A stretch of DNA of 60,764 nt, filler included, from Bipalium vagum (lineage: Eukaryota): NCBI GenBank assembly GCA_037834085.1. It is 3 parts of 3 records of this genome, joined end to end, with 100 filler letters (N's around TTAATTAATTAA, not from the genome) between each part and the next. Parts side by side here need not be neighbours in the genome. Positions count along the whole stretch, not along the records: positions 20,902 to 41,599 come from JBBMKC010248184.1; positions 41,700 to 60,764 come from JBBMKC010011989.1; 1 more part is not named here. The stretch is one strand, 5' to 3'. This document shows, piece by piece, positions 38,750 through 49,959 of this stretch. The position numbers were made by a program, and so were the translations under genes. Every line of letters starts with the position of its first letter. Position 1 is the stretch's first letter. The notes beneath the pieces are model-generated. The model was not told the origin of the DNA and made no database searches. It worked only from the letters and a program-made list of their open reading frames with translations.

Positions 38750-39910
38750 ATGTTAAAACTATCAAGACAGTCTCTCACTGAACTTTCACGACAAAAAGTT
38801 ATTGATTTACTACAGAATTTTCCAGACTTAAGTGAACATCTTTTTCTGCATAAAGAGTCCGGTGAAATAACTGAAGTCATGTCAAAACTTCGTATTGATG
38901 CCGGTTTTTCATCAAATATTGTATTTGTTGACGGAAAGTCCTTTGAAGCTTCTGAAAGGTCTTCTCAACATGACTTGGCATCAGACTTGTTATTTGATTT
39001 TGGGTCAATAGATTTATCCGAGATTTCAAAATCTGATGAAGAGCTCAGATCAATCATCAATATGGAAAATAGTTGCATAAAACCGGTTTTGGCTATCTTT
39101 CACTTAAATTATTTATTTTTAAAGGATAAACTCGTTTTTTATAAGCTTTCTGAGTCTGATTCCTCTATCGTGTTCTTTCGCAATTTGGCTTTAATATGCT
39201 CATTTGAGACTTTGGAAAACTCTAATTTAATATCAGTTTATAACTTCACTTGCTTCAGTGATAAATTACTTACCACGATGAATGAAAAATCTTTTTTTCT
39301 TAAAAATAGTAAAATGATTATTAAGAAACTTCAAGGTTTAAAGATTTTACAGGCTTTAGACAAGTGCACCAATGTCGTCACTCCTGAAATGATCTTTAAA
39401 ATGAACTCATTTAGTCGTTTCATTGAGGGCAATAGTAGTGATATTCTTCATCAGTTTGAAGCAATCCAGCAATGCGGAAACGGTATTGATGCTTACCAGT
39501 TCAAAGTGGAGAACATACCGAAACGTGAGGCCATACAATTGGTATCGGAAAACATAATTAGGAATAAATTTAATTCTATACTAGCTAATAAGAAAAAGTT
39601 TTGGATCTCAAAAAGAGGTAAGATGATATGCCAACCACATATATGGACGGATGTTAGCGAATTGATTGACTTTCTAAATGTTTTCTGCACTTTTATTTGG
39701 AAGAATTCTACTTCACTTTCTCCTCACTTTTTGCCAGCTATTGACACTTGTAACTTAATTAATAATAAAGTCTCGAGCAATGAACTAGATTTACCAAAGA
39801 ATTTGGACGAATTTGTTGCACCTGCAGAATGCAATACTTGTAAGTCATGTGATAAACTAGTTGACATAGAAATAGGTGATAAAGTTAAAAAATGGAATTC
39901 CCAAATATAG
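38750..39910 (+). CDS. Intronless 386-aa ORF; candidate endogenous bunyavirus-like L-protein N-terminus (cap-snatching endonuclease-like fold, PD motif absent)
   Basis: A long open frame in very AT-rich DNA is unlikely by chance. QHD(74)...NYLFLKDKLVFYKLSESDSS resembles orthobunyavirus RHD...PDNYLYINNVLYIIDYKVSVSNES. Decayed coding-like sequence continues past the stop. The product assignment is by eye only; the ORF itself is certain. Confidence 0.5.
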   Translation: MLKLSRQSLTELSRQKVIDLLQNFPDLSEHLFLHKESGEITEVMSKLRIDAGFSSNIVFVDGKSFEASERSSQHDLASDLLFDFGSIDLSEISKSDEELRSIINMENSCIKPVLAIFHLNYLFLKDKLVFYKLSESDSSIVFFRNLALICSFETLENSNLISVYNFTCFSDKLLTTMNEKSFFLKNSKMIIKKLQGLKILQALDKCTNVVTPEMIFKMNSFSRFIEGNSSDILHQFEAIQQCGNGIDAYQFKVENIPKREAIQLVSENIIRNKFNSILANKKKFWISKRGKMICQPHIWTDVSELIDFLNVFCTFIWKNSTSLSPHFLPAIDTCNLINNKVSSNELDLPKNLDEFVAPAECNTCKSCDKLVDIEIGDKVKKWNSQI

Positions 39911-40570
39911 TAAATCCCTTAATAGTTGGCTACACATTGAAGAGAATATCTTTTTTCAGAGAAAATGGAATTCTTGCCACAAAATCATGAAATGCTTTCC
40001 ATTTAAAAGAAACCATGATGCAGCGGTCTAGTGATATTTAAATCCAGAATGCAGGAATTTCCAAAAATAATCTTCCATGAGGAAATATAGTATATTTTCT
40101 CTGAATTTACAATATGCTTAAAAAACATGTACCTCGATTTTATATTCTGTCAGATTTGTTTTGAAATCCACATGGTAATACTTGGTTGTCCTGGCAAGGT
40201 GTTTCAAATAAATGAATTACTATTTTTATTCTAACTTTTCCAGAGAGTACATTGAAAGGGATAAAATGTGAAGAGAAAATAGAGGCTTTTTCTTTTTCAT
40301 CTTTTTTTATATTTTCAAAATTTTCTTGAACAAAAACCCTTTTTAAATTTACTAAAACTGTATTTAAAGCAAACACTTAACTGATTATCTTAAGCGTTTA
40401 ATTTCTTAGATAACCTTTATCAAAACTGAAATTTTGGACTATATTAAGTTTGAAATAAATTTAATAATAGTACTGTAAAGCTTACCTTTTGGTGGGGACT
40501 GAGTTAGTAAATATTCTAATCGCTAAAATAATACTTCAGAAACTTATTAGACTTGTTCAACATTTTAACT
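39911..40570 (+). pseudogene. Frameshifted, stop-ridden continuation of the 386-aa ORF
   Basis: After the A-run at about 39887 a shifted frame reads ...LKKHVPRFYILSDLF*NPHGNTWLSWQGVSNK*ITIFILTFPESTLKG, similar in character to the bunyaviral L PA-like segment NNVFAIVFPSADIKT. Confidence 0.35.
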
Positions 40571-41599
40571 TTTAATGAAAATTCAATTTAGATTTTTGTC
40601 TAATTTTAAAGTTTGCAAGACTTAATTAAATTTATAAGAGGCTTACCATAATTCATTAAACAAAAACATTTTTTAAAATGGCTACCTGGTTATGGTTTTG
40701 TCTTAAGCTAATCGGATAATAAAATTATTAATAATGAATACATCTGCTTATTCTTTGTGCTTAAAGTTTTCTTTAATTATTATTTCTCGAGATTGAAAAA
40801 ATAACGCAAAATTTCCTCCATGACTTTTTTATCATATATTTGTTATGAATATTTTCTTTTTTATTTTCTTCTTTAAGTGAAAATTCAGTCTTCAAATATT
40901 GATTTTTATAAAGACAATAAATAGTGAAATAGACCATTATTTAGCTTACCATAAGTAAATATTTGTATATTTATTTTAATACGTTAATATTTAACAAGAA
41001 AATTAGAATAAATATATTTTGAAAATGATAAAAAATGTTTAAGAAAAAGTAGGTAATTTAAATTATCTGTCTATCTCCCGTTGATGAAAATAAAACAAAA
41101 TCAAAATTTTCAAAGAATTTAAATCTAAAACTGGGTACCACATATGTTAGTTACATTTATATCGGTTGACAAGTTATCATGACTCATTTTCAAAATATAT
41201 ATATCTTAATAAAACAATTATTTAAACAAATTAATTATTTAGTTTAAATAATAAATTATAAAACTAATTTAAATTATTTTAAACTTCTTAATCCTCACAA
41301 TATACTTTATTTTAATATTTTAATTATTTGATATTTTTATTCAGTGAAATTGGTTATAATTGTTAATATATTCTTTAAAAGAAATTTATACGATCTCTGT
41401 AATTATCCAAAAATACAAATAATATTCTTTTAATTTATTTTAATTTAAAATATTTTATTAAATTTGACGAATTTACAAAATGTAAGAGCTTAATGACTTG
41501 AAATTAATATTTAAGTAATTTATATTATATTAGGGTGAACCATAAGTTTTTTCGTTTTTTTGTTTAAGTATTTCAAAGTATTTTTTTCAATTGATAGAA

Positions 41600-41699
41600 N
41601 NNNNNNNNNNNNNNNNNNNNNNNNNNNNNNNNNNNNNNNNNNNTTAATTAATTAANNNNNNNNNNNNNNNNNNNNNNNNNNNNNNNNNNNNNNNNNNNN
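41600..41699. other. Assembly gap: N44-TTAATTAATTAA-N44 spacer
   Basis: Same structure as 20802-20901. Confidence 0.95.
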
Positions 41700-41763
<64 letters not shown>

Positions 41764-42533
41764 CATCATCATTATTTTTAAAATTTTTTTTATTATTAAT
41801 TTTTTTATTATTAGTTATTAAAATAATAATTCTCGTGATTTTGAATTGATTAATTCTTTCGATTTTTTATTTAAAAGAAAAAAAGAATTTTTTATTTTCG
41901 AAGATATTTGTAATATTTTAATATAAGATATAAATATCGCCACAGATGTGTTTAAAATTAAAATAGATTTAACATCTGTCAGATCGGTTTTGAAACAGTA
42001 ATGAAAAATAAATAAAATTTGAAATTGATGCCAATAATTATTTCATAATATTAACAAAGGTAAGGTTAGGAGAGATGACTAATACACAGGGCAAAATCTT
42101 TCCCATGTTAATTTTGTCAAAAATCTCTCTTCTCCATCACCGTTGCCCTGATAAATTAAAGTACACTGAAAAAAGAACTTTATTCATAAACCCAGAATCA
42201 ATGAAAATAAAACCCAACGACGTCAAAGTGCAACGCAGCTGTTTGTATTCCAAAAATTGGTTTTAATCAATCATCTTCGTTTTTGATCAATATCATTAGA
42301 CTTATGATTTGATAATTACAATATTTTATTTATTAAAATCAATATTTAGAAAGTTAATTTAGAAAGAAATTTCTTATTCCTTGTCACACAAACGATAGAT
42401 AGTAAAATAAAAAGAATTAATTGAAAGAAAATTGACTAAGGAAAAAATAATGTTGATTAGAATCTGTGTACAGAAAGTCCATAAAATATAGATAAAAAGT
42501 GAGATTAACGAATCAAGTTAATGAAAATTACTC

Positions 42534-42606
<73 letters not shown>

Positions 42607-42945
42607 GTAATAATACTAGCAATATACAAACAATAATAATAATAATAACAATATTATTATTATTATTATTAATGGTAGCAGTCATTCTGTACAATGATAA
42701 TAATAATAATAATAAATAATAATTTTATATTTATTATTAATTAATAAAATTAGTAAAATAATATAAATTTATTTTGTAATTGGAATAAGCAAATTTTGCC
42801 GAGAAAATGGATATGGCAATTATTTGACGAGCTCAGAGAAATTGTCCTAAGTGGAAAAATATGAAGTAATTTTCTGTATCCATTTCCTCGTTCATCATAG
42901 ACATATCGATTTTGCTCTGCTTTTTTCCATATTGTTTCCATTCAG

Positions 42946-43115
42946 ACGAGGCCATTATTAGAAGCATCCACTGTGGAGATATTGACATGGTCTCTTCTCA
43001 ACATACGACAATCGGCAATGGAGACCGTTCCAAGGGGAAGAGAGACTTTCGTGACATACCCCACGGAGTAATAGGCACAGAAGAGAGACTGTCAATATTG
43101 TGGGACAGAGGAGTG
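42946..43115 (+). CDS. Dihydropyrimidinase-related / CRMP (unc-33-like) gene, internal exon
   Basis: Acceptor TTCCATTCAG and donor GTG|GTAAGG. Encodes (D)EAIIRSIHCGDIDMVSSQHTTIGNGDRSKGKRDFRDIPHGVIGTEERLSILWDRGV, matching CRMP2 CGDLQVTGSAHCTF...[27 protein letters not shown]. Confidence 0.92.
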
Positions 43116-43751
43116 GTAAGGAATTTCTGTTTTGTCTACGAAATCATTGTTGCGCGGAGGCGAACCGGGTCTGGTGCATGTTGGTCCTATAAGAAACTCG
43201 CACACTGAATCATCGCCAGTGAATCAGTGGCAGCAGGCAGTGGAGTTTGAGAACGAGAAAGAGAATCATTCTCCCCGTTCCCCACCCCCTCCCTTCGAGG
43301 CTGAGATGAGTCACCTCTGACTACCGATGTAATCTCATGGACAAAATTAGACTATCGCCAGCTCTTTTTCAGAGACATGAATAATAGAAAATAATCAATA
43401 GTGGCTTTCTAGAGTGAAAAATTAAAATATAATTGTAGTCATTCACGTTCTAACATCATAGTCTCAATATGATACTTTATTTTATATTATTTTAATATTG
43501 TTTTATATAATTTTATATTATATTATATTATACTTCACATTACGCAATATTTTATATAATATAATATTTTATATTATACAATCTTTTATATTATATTTTG
43601 TATCATTTTTATATTATTTTTATTTTACTTTAATGTTATTTTATATTATACTTTATATATTTTATTTTTCCGCTCATTTTTACAAATGTCTTACTTACTA
43701 TTTACTAATTGTAAGTAGTTGGTTTAATTGAAAATTGAAATGCCATTCTAG

Positions 43752-44295
43752 AGAACGGGAATCATCAGTGAAAGTGAATTTGTGGCCGCAACGAGCACAA
43801 ATGCTGCGAAATTGTTTAACATGTACCCGGAAAGGGGGCACATTGGTGTTGGCAGTGTTGCGGATATTGTGGTCTGGAATCCGGATCGGATCAAGACTGT
43901 TGGCGGGCAACATTTGAATAATGATATGCACATTTTCAATGGGCTCTCATTGAACGGAGCTCCGGAACTTGTCATTGTAAATGGTCAAATAAAATTCAAC
44001 GTTGCTGTGTTTGTCGGAAATGCGACGGGAGAAAAAATCGAATTGAAGAACAATTGCAAAATGTTGATCGACAAAGTCAATCGATATGAGACGTTGCGTG
44101 AATTCGGCAAATTGTCCGTTCAACGTGAATTGGGTGACATTTCGGCTCAAGTACCAACGAGAAATATCAAAGAATCAGCGAAAATCGAAAACCACGTTTC
44201 TGTGCAGGACGCAAAAAACCAGGCTCTGAAAATGCAGAGACCTCCGACCAGTGGCGGCGGTAGAAATATGCAGGATTCGAGCTTCAGCTTAAGTG
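43752..44295 (+). CDS. Dihydropyrimidinase-related / CRMP gene, penultimate exon
   Basis: Acceptor ATTCTAG, in phase with the previous exon. Encodes RTGIISESEFVAATSTNAAKLFNMYPERGHIGVGSVADIVVWNP...RPPTSGGGRNMQDSSFSLS. Donor G|GTTGGT. Confidence 0.93.
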
Positions 44296-44439
44296 GTTGG
44301 TTTCTCTATTATTTTTCCTAGTATTAATGTCGAACTCTTCAAAACGTACTTCACTATATCCCTCGAAACCTTTAATTGAAAGAATTTTAATTATCACTAG
44401 GCTGGTGCAAGTGTTTGTGGTCTTGTCTCGATTTATGCA

Positions 44440-45550
44440 GTAACAGTGAGAAAAAACTTGATAAAATCTTCTTTAGACAGTGCATAAATCCTAGATTTAA
44501 AGAAATCCTGCCTTTCATCTGATATCCTTTATATGGCTTTCCAAGTAGTAACAAAACTTGTCCATGTGGAGGTTAAGTTGGATACTTGAATAGTGGAACG
44601 TCTGGCGAGCAGGGTGACGGAGAAATTCACAATTTAAATCCAGATATTTTCAAATATTTATTTGATTATAATAGTCATTTTGGCCATAACGTTATCAGAC
44701 GTTACCTTACAATACCTTACAAAATAAAACCCCTGATTAGGTCAAAGCCTGCCAGACAAACCTGACCACTGTTTCTTCAACGTTTCATGTATTCTGTCAA
44801 TACATTTGCAGTAGGTTTTTAAAATGATGGTCTCACCAGTTTGTAATTAGATATAACGAGAATTATCGAAGAATTTTATTTCCTTCAAAAACGGTCAGCA
44901 AAATGCACCAACTTAATATATTATATGTTATATCTTTTTATCATTTGACCTTCACTGAGTACCGCCAGTGTTATTACTTATTCAAACTGCAAGTAACCAA
45001 AGTGAATGTTTAAATATCGAATGTGCACATTGTTACTTCATAACAAATAAATATTATTATGAAAATCTCAGTCTCATTAAGACAGACTTGTCACGTTGCT
45101 CCGGTATATCTCACTCGAAAAGTGGTTATTACTATGTTTCCTGATCTCATTTAAATTCCAAAACCCTTTGAACTCCTTCTTTGGCTAGACCTCTGTTACT
45201 TAAGGAAAATAAATATTTAAATTGAGGACGATCAGTTTTTCTATTTCAAATAATTCATGTTCCAACGCTTCTTTTCATTAAAATATTTAATTATTATGAC
45301 CTCTATTAACGGTTGCACCAGTCAGTTTCCGGCAGGCAGCACAAATTATTCCCTGATTTCAGTTTACTGGGAACTGATTTGTTCAGCAATGAAATACGTA
45401 GAACAGTTTTGATCCGGATGAACTGCACTTTCGTTTCATCTGATTTAATGGATAACATTCAGTTTTCCAAAAACGAGTGTCAATTTGGAAACAGACAGCA
45501 TTGTTGATATTCAAAAAACCTTTCCTGGAATGAATTTAAAAGAATTGTGA
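44440..45550 (-). mobile_element. Decayed LTR-retrotransposon (Gypsy-like integrase region) inside the CRMP intron
   Basis: Coding-like composition with many stops and faint SD..QF, PET.W.NR and YTGAT*QV remnants in integrase order. Confidence 0.3.
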
Positions 45551-46149
45551 TAAACCCTTACAGAATATAAGTGTAAAATGTTGCACCATCTACGTGTCAG
45601 ACCTTATCAGAATGAGTAAAATATAAATTCAAGGCATTCCTTTTTTTATAGCTTTTATATTGATATTTATCACAATGTATCATTTGTTTTAATTGATCAA
45701 TTGATTTTATATAATCTCATTCTGAATTCCAATGTTGTGAAATAGTGGGGCGCTATTGAATTTAAGCTTTGAGAAATCTGTCAACCATACACATGGTATA
45801 TCGTTTACAAATTAAAAAATGTTTATAAAGAAAATGCTATTTAGTTATCAAGTATAAAAGTATTTTATCAACTTTATCAATTTTTATATTTTTTATTTTT
45901 ATCAACTCTAAAAAAGGCTGAATGTCTGTTTTGAATGAAAAGAAATCTGGACGTTCTTGTGATATTTCAGATGACGTTCTCGAAAATAGCAAGAAAATAA
46001 TCCAATCAGAAAAATCCAATCAAAATAAAAACTCAGAATATATGAACAAGGTTAAATGTGAACAACGAAAGTGGTAGTTCTAATCAAATGTTCAAAAGCA
46101 GTACTAAAACGTGAAATGTTTGTTAATCGTAACCAAAGTCGTGAATTAA

Positions 46150-46720
46150 AAGTTATAACCATCATGAAGACATGCTCCTTAAGAAGTATAATAACTGTGG
46201 AAGAAAGCAATATAAAATTCATATCTTAAAAAGAATGAAAAGAGCGGAAATTTTCTGGTGATTTACAAATGTTGAAAGCTGGAACATCTTTTGTATGTTT
46301 CTGAAGATAATAGTGTTTTAGGATCACATGTGAGTAAAACTCATTGATTATTATTATAGGTCGGTGAAGATAGATAAAAAATATTTTTGAGATCGATAGA
46401 GGTAGAAACATATGAAGAAAATTCTGGAAGTGGTAATTTATTGCTTCTTCAGGAGTGATGCAACCATTCACGTCCTGGACAATTGAGTATTTTTGGTCAA
46501 ATCTTCTGAGGTATCCTACTTATAGTTCTGATATAACTCCTTTTTAATTATAACTACGTAATCTTAAGAAACATTCAACAGATCGTAAACTTATCAATCA
46601 GGGTAGAATTAGGCAGTAGGTTGAGATTTTATTGATAAACCGATTACGAGATAAGGCAATGGTGAATTTATTGAGAAATAATAATGACAAGTTATTGATG
46701 TCATCATATATAATCGATAA
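46150..46720 (+). mobile_element. Decayed mariner relic in the CRMP intron
   Basis: LRYPTYSSDITP (YSPDL-like), with upstream LLLQE*CNH remnants. Confidence 0.55.
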
Positions 46721-46865
46721 TTTTTGTAATTTATTCTCTTAAATCCGGTCATGTTTGACGATTTATTTCCATTTTATTCTCATGGCTCTTTGGGAGTACC
46801 AGTTATGTTTTTGTTTCTCTATTTTGGATATTTATTTATTTATTCTTTAAATTTTATTTCTAAAG

Positions 46866-46951
46866 GAACGCAAATTGATGATGAAAAACCAATTCGAAGT
46901 ACAATTCGAACAAATCACCCTCCCGGTGGAAAATCTAGTCTCATTTTTTAA
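46866..46951 (+). CDS. Dihydropyrimidinase-related / CRMP gene, terminal exon
   Basis: Acceptor TTTCTAAAG; phase 1 matches the upstream donor. Encodes (G)TQIDDEKPIRSTIRTNHPPGGKSSLIF*, matching the CRMP tail GAQIDD...PPGG. AATAAA at about 47125. Confidence 0.92.
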
Positions 46952-47584
46952 AAAAAACTTTATTAATTTAAAAAATTCATTCTGCATTATTTATTTTTTA
47001 ATGTATCATATTTGTTTTACAATTTTTAGAATGTAATGGTCTTCAATAGCAATTCTGTTTCAATGTTTTTGTTAATTTTTCATTTGGTTTTTATTTTATA
47101 TTGGTTTTATTCACAATATACTTCAATAAAATTATTTTCCTTTAATGCATTTACTGTTGATGAACTGTAATGAAAATATCAAATAAATAAATAAATTATT
47201 TTTATTACTATTATTATTCATATATTCGGGAAAGTATTTCTCAATAGTCACAGAGAGAGAAAGGGACTATCCACCTCATTTGAATAAAATAAATGTAAGA
47301 TAAATATTAGGTTGTATCGAAATAATCATTGATTTTGGCAGCTTAATTTTCTTTTATCGAAATAAATATTTTTAATAGCAATTATAAAAAAATTGATTTA
47401 ATCATTGATATTTAACCATCAAACAATATTTGCACGTTTTGTTAAAATAAATATATCGATGCATTTATTATTTGAATTTAAAATTTTGGGTAAAATCAAT
47501 ACAGAAAAAATTGTACTTCGAGGTTTGATCTTTCATTATTGAAAAGGGAATTTACTATATTGATTTCACTGCAAAGACGATTTG

Positions 47585-47775
47585 TGATATCCAGTTCACA
47601 TAGGTACGAAGTTGAGAATTGTAGTAAGACTTTGATTGCCTTTTTACTAAGAGTTGGATACTGTTCCATAACAGAAATCCAAAAAGCGTCTAATGGTAGT
47701 TGATCGTACTTCACTTTGAGTCCTCGATTACTGGAAAGAGTTGACAATTCATCAATCATGATTTCATCAATCAAA
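47585..47775 (-). mobile_element. hAT/Buster C-terminal fragment (same family as 1244-1438)
   Basis: LPLDAFWISVMEQYPTLSKKAIKVLLQFSTSYLCEL is near-identical in part to the 1.3 kb copy. Confidence 0.85.
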
Positions 47776-47799
47776 ATTCTTAGAGTGCTTTAGGACAAT

Positions 47800-48360
47800 G
47801 GGATTAACATTAAAATATAATGCTTCTAAGATAATTTCTCAAGACCATTGTCATATATGAAAGTCGTTTCTGAAGATTTTACATTGTCTATATCCGTGTT
47901 CTGAAGCTGATTGCCAAGACTATTTTCTAATTTACTTAATTAATATATTCCTAAATGTTATAATTATACAATAATAAAATTCTGGCTCTCCAAGGTTACA
48001 TATCTTAGGCCAACCTTTGAAAATAATAATAGTCTGTTTGTGCAAGGGTCAGTAATGCCTGTAACATTAATATTATTTAATTCTTCCACATCCATCGTAT
48101 TCACCTGATTTCTCGCCAACCGATTTTCATTTATTCAAACATTTTAAAAATTATTTGATTGGAAAAAGGTTTCACAATGAAGAGGTACTTAAAAGGGAAT
48201 TTAAACAGCTCATTGCCTACACGTCTTTCGAATTCTATCGTATAGAAAAGTAAAAAAATCTACCAAATCGTTGGCTAAAGTGTGTAAACGCAAATGGTAT
48301 TTATTTAAATCAATAAACCTTTTGTTTCGACTGACTTGTGCTGCTTTAAAAAGAATGTAC
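47800..48360 (-). mobile_element. Possible Gypsy pol remnant
   Basis: Minus strand T..TDP......GWPK, typical of the Gypsy RNaseH-integrase linker. Confidence 0.3.
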
Positions 48361-49149
48361 AAAAAACTGCAAAACTTTCTGAACAATGTAAAACAATTAA
48401 AGAAATTTAACTAATTGTTATATTTCTATGGTTTCTAAGGATATGTTAGACTTTATTAACGTTATTTTTCTAAAAGGACGTTAGTTGAAATTTGAGTTAA
48501 GCACATATTATTTTTTATTTAATCAATGATCTAAAGCCCATACATATTTGGCGGCATTTAAATCAAGTGAGATCTGTTTCATCTATAAGAACCTTGTTGT
48601 CAGAAAAATATTTATTTAGAAAAGAGCAAACTTTACCCATAGAACATAAATCACATCTTTCAGGAAAATTTCTGGATGCATCGTAAATTAATGAAATTGG
48701 TATGAATTAGTTTCGCTCCAAATTGAGTAAATTTTTCAATTTTTTGAAACCTTTTCAATGGTTTTGTGTCGTCCATTTCTTAGACTTTATATTTTCTTTA
48801 AACTCTTTCAAAAAATACCTGTGAAAATAAACGATTTAGTTCTTTACTTTGCTTTAGTTCTTAATTCAATTGAATCTGGGGACTGAAATTTGCTTGTTGA
48901 CAACAATCAACAAGAACATAATTCCTGAAATAGAATACGTTTTGGTCCTTGAAAAATATTAAACTCAATTATTAAGATCAGAATATTAAAATCCACTGAT
49001 TCGTCTTCTAATAACGATAAAGTTAGGTGACATTTAAATTAAATGCCTTATATTTTTGATTTAATTGAGGAGGTAAAACAAATAACTGTCCGAGGCAATT
49101 AAATCAAATTAAATCCCAAACATTAATTATAATTAATACAATAATTATA

Positions 49150-49800
49150 AAAATTGAGCAATTTTCGAGTGCCTGGAGATAACCGATTTTATACCAAAAG
49201 TCCCACTACATCTCAATCTAATAAAAAATACAAGTTCCAGAAAAAAGGCTTATGTTGTACATCGTCATCTCTGAGAAATGTGCTTCAAAGCCATGGCTTA
49301 AGCATGGAAGTTTGGCAATTAATCAGAAAATATACCAGTAGGAATATCTGTCCAAGATTTTAATTCTTTTTATGAAAGACTATCATTTTGATGGTAACAT
49401 TGTCTTCTGGTCGGACAAAGCCTCTTCTCATTACGCCAAAAAGACTCAATAATTTTAAAAGCAAAAGAGATACATTTTGTGCCTAAGGATCTTTGGTATT
49501 CTGAAATCTCTTGTATATAAAAATAACTGGAGACAAAAAATTTTGAACAATTAAAACATTGAATAGACTTTGGTTGAAAAAAAAGACACAAAGTACTTAT
49601 AAAAGGCGTCCAAAGGTATAAGGACTAAGTTGAGACATGTAGCCGACCATTGTCCATACTCCGTTGTGCATTAATGAAAATATATTATTATTAGAGTAAA
49701 GTCTGATGTGAAATATAATTTTATTTTAATTTAAATTGTTATCTGTTAACTTTTCGATAAAGATTAAATTGGTCCAGATTTCTAGTTATCACCCGTTATA
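49150..49800 (+). mobile_element. IS630-Tc1-mariner superfamily relic with 3' TIR
   Basis: LAINQKIYQ*EYLSKI, VFWSDKASSHYAKKT, IHFVPK; terminal GGTCCAGATTTCTAGTTATCACCCGTTATA. Confidence 0.75.
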
Positions 49801-49817
49801 TATTTTTCCTATGCTAC

Positions 49818-49860
<43 letters not shown>

Positions 49861-49959
49861 GATATAAAAATAAAAAATGGACTTCCCAAATAAAATATAT
49901 AAATCAATTAATAGTACTCGATACCTAAAAGTAGTAGTTTTGTAAAATCCGGATATATT

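Noticed and set aside
38780-38800. LSRQK match to the arenavirus L N-terminus
   Set aside because: Five residues only, and spacing to the putative catalytic residues does not match arenavirus L. Not used as evidence.
43498-43731. Hydrophobic F/I/Y/L-rich short ORFs (also 14613, 32000, 12351)
   Set aside because: Translations of low-complexity AT-rich intronic or intergenic DNA.
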